DNA of 64,000 bases from the NCBI RefSeq assembly GCF_009914755.1, contig NC_060939.1; one strand, 5' to 3'. Positions within the stretch are counted from its first letter, which is position 1. The number at the start of each line of letters is the position of its first letter. Positions 58,804 through 64,000 of this stretch are shown piece by piece. The notes beneath the pieces were generated by a model. The model did not search any database and had not been told where the DNA came from. It saw nothing but the letters and a program-made list of their open reading frames with translations. The DNA comes from the human T2T-CHM13v2.0 reference genome, Homo sapiens. The position numbers and the translations under genes are program-made.

Positions 58804-60247
58804 AAATATATATATTTATATATGTTTATATATTTATATATATTTACATATATTTATATATTTACATATATTTATATATTTATATATATTTACATATATA
58901 TTTATATATATTTATATATATTTATATATATTTACATATATATTTATATATATTTATATATTTATATATATTTACATATATATATTTATATATATTTACA
59001 TATATATATTTATATATATTTACATATATATATTTATATATATTTACATATATATATTTATATATATTTACATATATATATTTATATATATTTACATATA
59101 TTTACATATATATATTTACATATATATATTTATATATATTTACATATATATTTATGTATATTTATATATATTTATGTATATTTATATATTTATATATATT
59201 TACATATATTTATATATATTTACATATATTTATATATATTTACATATATTTATATATATATTTACATATATTTATATATATTTATATATATTTATATATA
59301 TTTATATATATATTTATATATATATATTTATATATATATATTTATATATTTATATATTTATATATATTTATATATATTTATATATATATTTATATATTTA
59401 CATATATTTACATATATTTACATATATTTATATATTTATATATATTACATATATTTATATATATATCATATATATTATATATATTTATATATTTATATAT
59501 ATTATATATATTTATATATATTTATATATATTATATATATTTATATATTATATATATTTATATATATTTATATATATTATATATATTTATATATTATATA
59601 TATATTATATATATTTATATATTATATATATTTATATATATTATATATATTCATATGTATTTATATATAATATATATTTATATATTTATATATGTATTTA
59701 TATATTATATATTTATATGTTTATATATATTATATATATTTATATATTTATATATTTATATATTATATATATTTATATATATTTATATATTTATATATAT
59801 TTATATATATTTATATATTATATATATTTATATATATTTATATATATTTATATATATTTATATATATTTATATATTATATATATTTATATATATTTATAT
59901 ATATTTATATGTATTTATATATTTATATATATTTATATATTTTCATATATATTTATATATAATATATATTTATATATTATATATACTTATATATAATATA
60001 TATTATATTTATATAATATATATTTATATATTTATATATAATATATATTTATATATTATATATAATATATATTTATATATTATACATAATATATATTTAT
60101 ATCTATTTATATATGTTTATATTTTTATATATTTATATATATTTATATATTTATATTTATATATATTTATATATTTATATATATTTATATATTTATATAT
60201 ATTTATATATTTATATATATTTATATATAATTCATTTTATATATATA
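58804..60247. repeat. ~1.45-kb TA-rich tandem array (TATATATTTA / TATTTACA variants)
   Basis: Almost pure A/T periodic sequence. Confidence 0.98.
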
Positions 60248-60305
60248 TTCATTTGCTACTAAGACGTGTGTGTATGTGTATATATTATTTATATATGTAA
60301 AAGTT

Positions 60306-60606
60306 GACCAGACACAGTGGCTCACGCCTCTAATCCCAGCATTTTGGGAGGCCAAGGCAGGTGGATCACTTGAGGTCAGGAGTTTCAGATCAGCCTGGCA
60401 AACATGGTGAAACCCTATCTCTACTAAAAATACAAAAATTAGCTGGGCGTGGCGGTGTGCACCTCTAATCACAGCTACTCGGGAAGCTTAGGTAGGAGAA
60501 TTGCATGAACCTGGGAGGCAGAGGTTACAGTGAGCCAAGATGGTGCCACTGTACTCCAGCCTGGGTGACAGAGCAAGACTCTGTCTTAATAATAATAATA
60601 ATAAAA
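60306..60606 (+). mobile_element. AluS
   Basis: Full Alu with (AAT)n tail. Confidence 0.92.
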
Positions 60607-60734
60607 TTAACAAAACTATGAGTCTAGGTTCAGGAACAACTGAAAAGATGACTTAAGAACAGAGTGCAGAAATTATTGTGGCAGGGCCTGGAGCTCATTT
60701 CTTGACTTTGCAGCTTGTTTCTTGACAGAGCAGC

Positions 60735-61407
60735 TATAGGAGAGAAGATAAAATTTTCCCTTTGCTCTCTGAACGTTCACTGAAAAATCAGCTGGCAAAA
60801 GGCAGATTAATAGGAGAAAGGGCATACAAAATTCTATTTTAACATGAGTAGCACAGTGAACCTCAGACTGATTACCCAGTAACCCAGTGTGTTAGGCAGT
60901 GTACTACATAAACTTACATACCCTTTTCATAAGGGAGGGGAGATGGGGAATGTAGGCAAGACTTTGGAGGGGCATTCAGTCATTAGAGAAGATAAATGGA
61001 CCCAGGAGGTGGGAGGTAGACATTAGGGGAAGGTGAGGGGCAGAGCTGCACAGGAACAAAGGTTGTTTTATTATGCAGATAATGTCTTCCTGGTAATCTC
61101 TTGGAGCTGCCCTCAAAAGAAGATGGTAAGTCTGTCTAGGCATGGTTAGGACTCCCTGTCTTTTCTATGCTGAATGATCTTTCCTAGTTCTTGGATGAGA
61201 TCCCCAGGGAGGGGTTTTAATACAATTACATTTCTTTCCAAAAGAAACTTTCTTGGTCAGATAAGGAAATTTCAGACACAGCCCCTCTCTACCACTGGAG
61301 ATAGGAAGAAGGCAGGATTACAGGGACCTTGATTCTGAGGCAGCTTCTAAGGCCTCTCAGCATGTCAAAGCACAAGTCTTTGGGGTATCACTCTCTAAGC
61401 CCTAGCA
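60735..61407 (-). mobile_element. MER39/MER34-family LTR
   Basis: 'caaaaggcagattaataggagaaa' and end 'catgtcaaagca...tttggggtatca..ct.agccc'. Confidence 0.75.
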
Positions 61408-61529
61408 AAATACACTGATTTGTGTATGAAAAATGGAGCTTACAGCTCAGACAGAAAATCTATCCTTAATAACGGAATTTTCAACTTGATGTGGCTTACC
61501 ACATGTACAGTATGAAAATATGTCATTTA

Positions 61530-61870
<341 letters not shown>

Positions 61871-62319
61871 TTATATGTGGACATATGAATTTAGGCTTGC
61901 CAGAATATAATTATTAATTCTAGCAAATGTGCATTGTCATATTTTGCCCAAATGTTTAATCAAATAAATGAGTTTAAAATTATCTCATTTCCAAAGAAGC
62001 AAAATTCAGCTTATTATTCTAGATGTTTTACTTATGAGTTTACTATTTACCCCGTTACTGTTATTTCTGGCCTTCCTGTGGCAGTATTGCCATCCACTGA
62101 AACTGTCCCCATAAGAGGAGCATTCGTAGGTTTTTAGGAATACTAAAAATACAAGTCACTCCCCATCTGTTATCTGTTGTTTCTTCCCCCAAAATTTGTG
62201 TGATCCCTGCAATGGATGCTTACATTCATTCTTTTTATTTGCAAATCACTGACTCTTAAAATGAAAACTATTAAATTGTAGAACCACTCAGCAAGATGTA
62301 CAAATTAAAATTATATTAT

Positions 62320-62625
62320 AATAGGGAACCTAAGCTCAGTGTACGTTATTAATGCAGAGGAAAAGTATTTAAGAACAACTTGAGTGGTAGGGGGTCAGTT
62401 TCTAAAGTGAGATGATGAACAAACTGTGTTGACCTGGAGGTTCCTTCTCAACTCGAGATGTCACATTCACTAGAAGGGGCAGGAACAAACCCCAGGTTGG
62501 TCAGAACTGTCTCTCCCTATCTCAGGAGATTGCATTCTGGGCTGATTCTACAGTTATTCTTGAGAATTGCAAGTGAGAAAGGGGGAGAATCCATCTGATT
62601 TACCCTCTGATAACCAGAGAACTGC
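62320..62625. mobile_element. Probable LTR fragment (unassigned)
   Basis: 'cagttattcttgagaattgcaag..gaaagggggagaa' is LTR-like. Confidence 0.4.
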
Positions 62626-62639
62626 ATTACATTTTAACC

Positions 62640-63318
62640 TCAAAAAGTTACATTGTTCCCCATTGTAGTAATCCTCCTCCCACTCATAGCCTTGGCAATT
62701 ATTGATCATCTTGATCTCAATAGATTTGCCTTTTCTAGAATGTCATATAAATGAAATCATTCTGTATGTAATAATTTAGGTATGTTTTTTCTCAGTTAGA
62801 ATAACACTTTTGAGATTTATCATATTGTTTCATGTATCTGTAGTTTTTCTTTTATGTTGACTTGTACTCTTTCGTATTCTTTCTTGAATGAAAATACCAC
62901 AATTTGCTCATTATTTTTATGGATATAAAATGTTATCAATATGGATAACTTCATGGATATAAACAGTCTAAATGGTCATTGTGATTTCAATTCACATCAA
63001 TGAGCATAGTTTGTACTTATTTGCCATTCATATCTATTGATTAATGGTTACCATTTTATTTTATAATGTTTATTAATTTATTCTTAAATTTAATCTTATA
63101 TGTATAATTCTCTATACAAGATTGATCACAGTTATACACTGAAAATAATATTTCATGCTGAGCCTCTGGCATCTCTTGCCATTTTCTTAAGTGACATTCA
63201 AAAACAACAATTATAATAATTTTTAATTGAATACATTACTTTTTCTGCTTTATAATATTTATTTCCTGTATACAAATTATTTCTTAACCTAAAATCACAA
63301 AGATTAACCTCTATGTTT

Positions 63319-63352
<34 letters not shown>

Positions 63353-64000
63353 TTGAGACAAGGTCTCACTCTGTCATCCAGGCTGTAGTCTAGTGGCACT
63401 ATCTTGGCTTACTGCAACTTCCACCTTCCAGGCTCAAGTGATCCTCCTACCTCAGACTCTCAAGTAGCTGAGACTACAGCCACCACCATGCCTGGCTAAT
63501 TTTTTTGTGTTTTCATACAGCCAAGATTTCATCATGTTGTCCAGGCTGCTCCCAAACTCCTGGGCTCAAGTTATCCACCCCATTGGGCCTCCCAAGTGCT
63601 AGGATTACAGGCATGACCCATTGCGCCTGGCTGTTTTTTAGAAATTGTCTACCTTAAGGTTTTACATTTTAATCTATGATAAATTTTGAATAATTTTTAA
63701 TATATACTACAAAATAAGGGTGAACATTTTGGTTTTTATTTTTGGTATATGAATATTCAGTTGTTCAAGAATCATTTGTTGCAAACTCTGTCCTTTCGCC
63801 ATTAAATTTCTTTGGAACATGAGTCAAAAATCTACCAACCACATAAGTGTAGGTCTATTTCTGGGTGCTAAGCTGTTTCATTTATCTAAATATATATCCC
63901 TACACCAAAGCACACTATCTGTACTAATACTGCATTATATTAAATTTTGAAATAGGTAAAGTGAGTACCCTAACATTGTTCCTCCTTTTCTTAATGTGTT
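62640..64000 (-). mobile_element. Old L1M(E) fragment interrupted by an AluJ
   Basis: 'ttttctagaatgtcatataaatgaaatcat' and antisense ORF2 3' text. Confidence 0.7.
63321..63632 (-). mobile_element. AluJ with (TG)n tail
   Basis: Diverged Alu preceded by (gt)n. Confidence 0.9.

Noticed and set aside
58799-60300. Long Ile/Tyr-rich ORFs up to 387 aa
   Set aside because: Translation artefacts of the TA repeat; the same applies to 3969-4376

Overview
Primate (most likely human) non-coding, repeat-dense genomic DNA with no intact protein-coding gene. The supplied ORFs are L1, Alu, LTR, mariner or microsatellite artefacts. Most of the window is transposon-derived: L1PA/L1MA/L1MB/L1MC, about 14 Alu/FLAM, several ERV1 solo LTRs, one old two-LTR class-III-type provirus with pol and env remnants, Hsmar1, Tigger/MER47/MER30, a Tc2/Kanga-like remnant, MIR, L2 and MLT1. 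Under the repeats is an ancient head-to-tail array of four diverged paralogous units: A ~5.2-6.0 kb, B from ~15.5 kb, C from ~34.4 kb, D from ~41.8 kb. The unit order is Kanga remnant, MIR split by L1, conserved unique block with AATAAA, GC-richer block, TATA box, ~50-nt exon-like segment, GT donor; A is truncated at both ends. From memory only, the mini-exon resembles the duplicated SNURF-SNRPN upstream first exons (U1 family) of 15q11.2; this needs BLAT confirmation. Comparing the units reveals two internal inversions, a deletion and an empty ERV site. An ectopic two-monomer alpha-satellite relic and a ~1.45-kb TA-rich array are also present. Repeat subfamily names and most boundaries are by-eye estimates.
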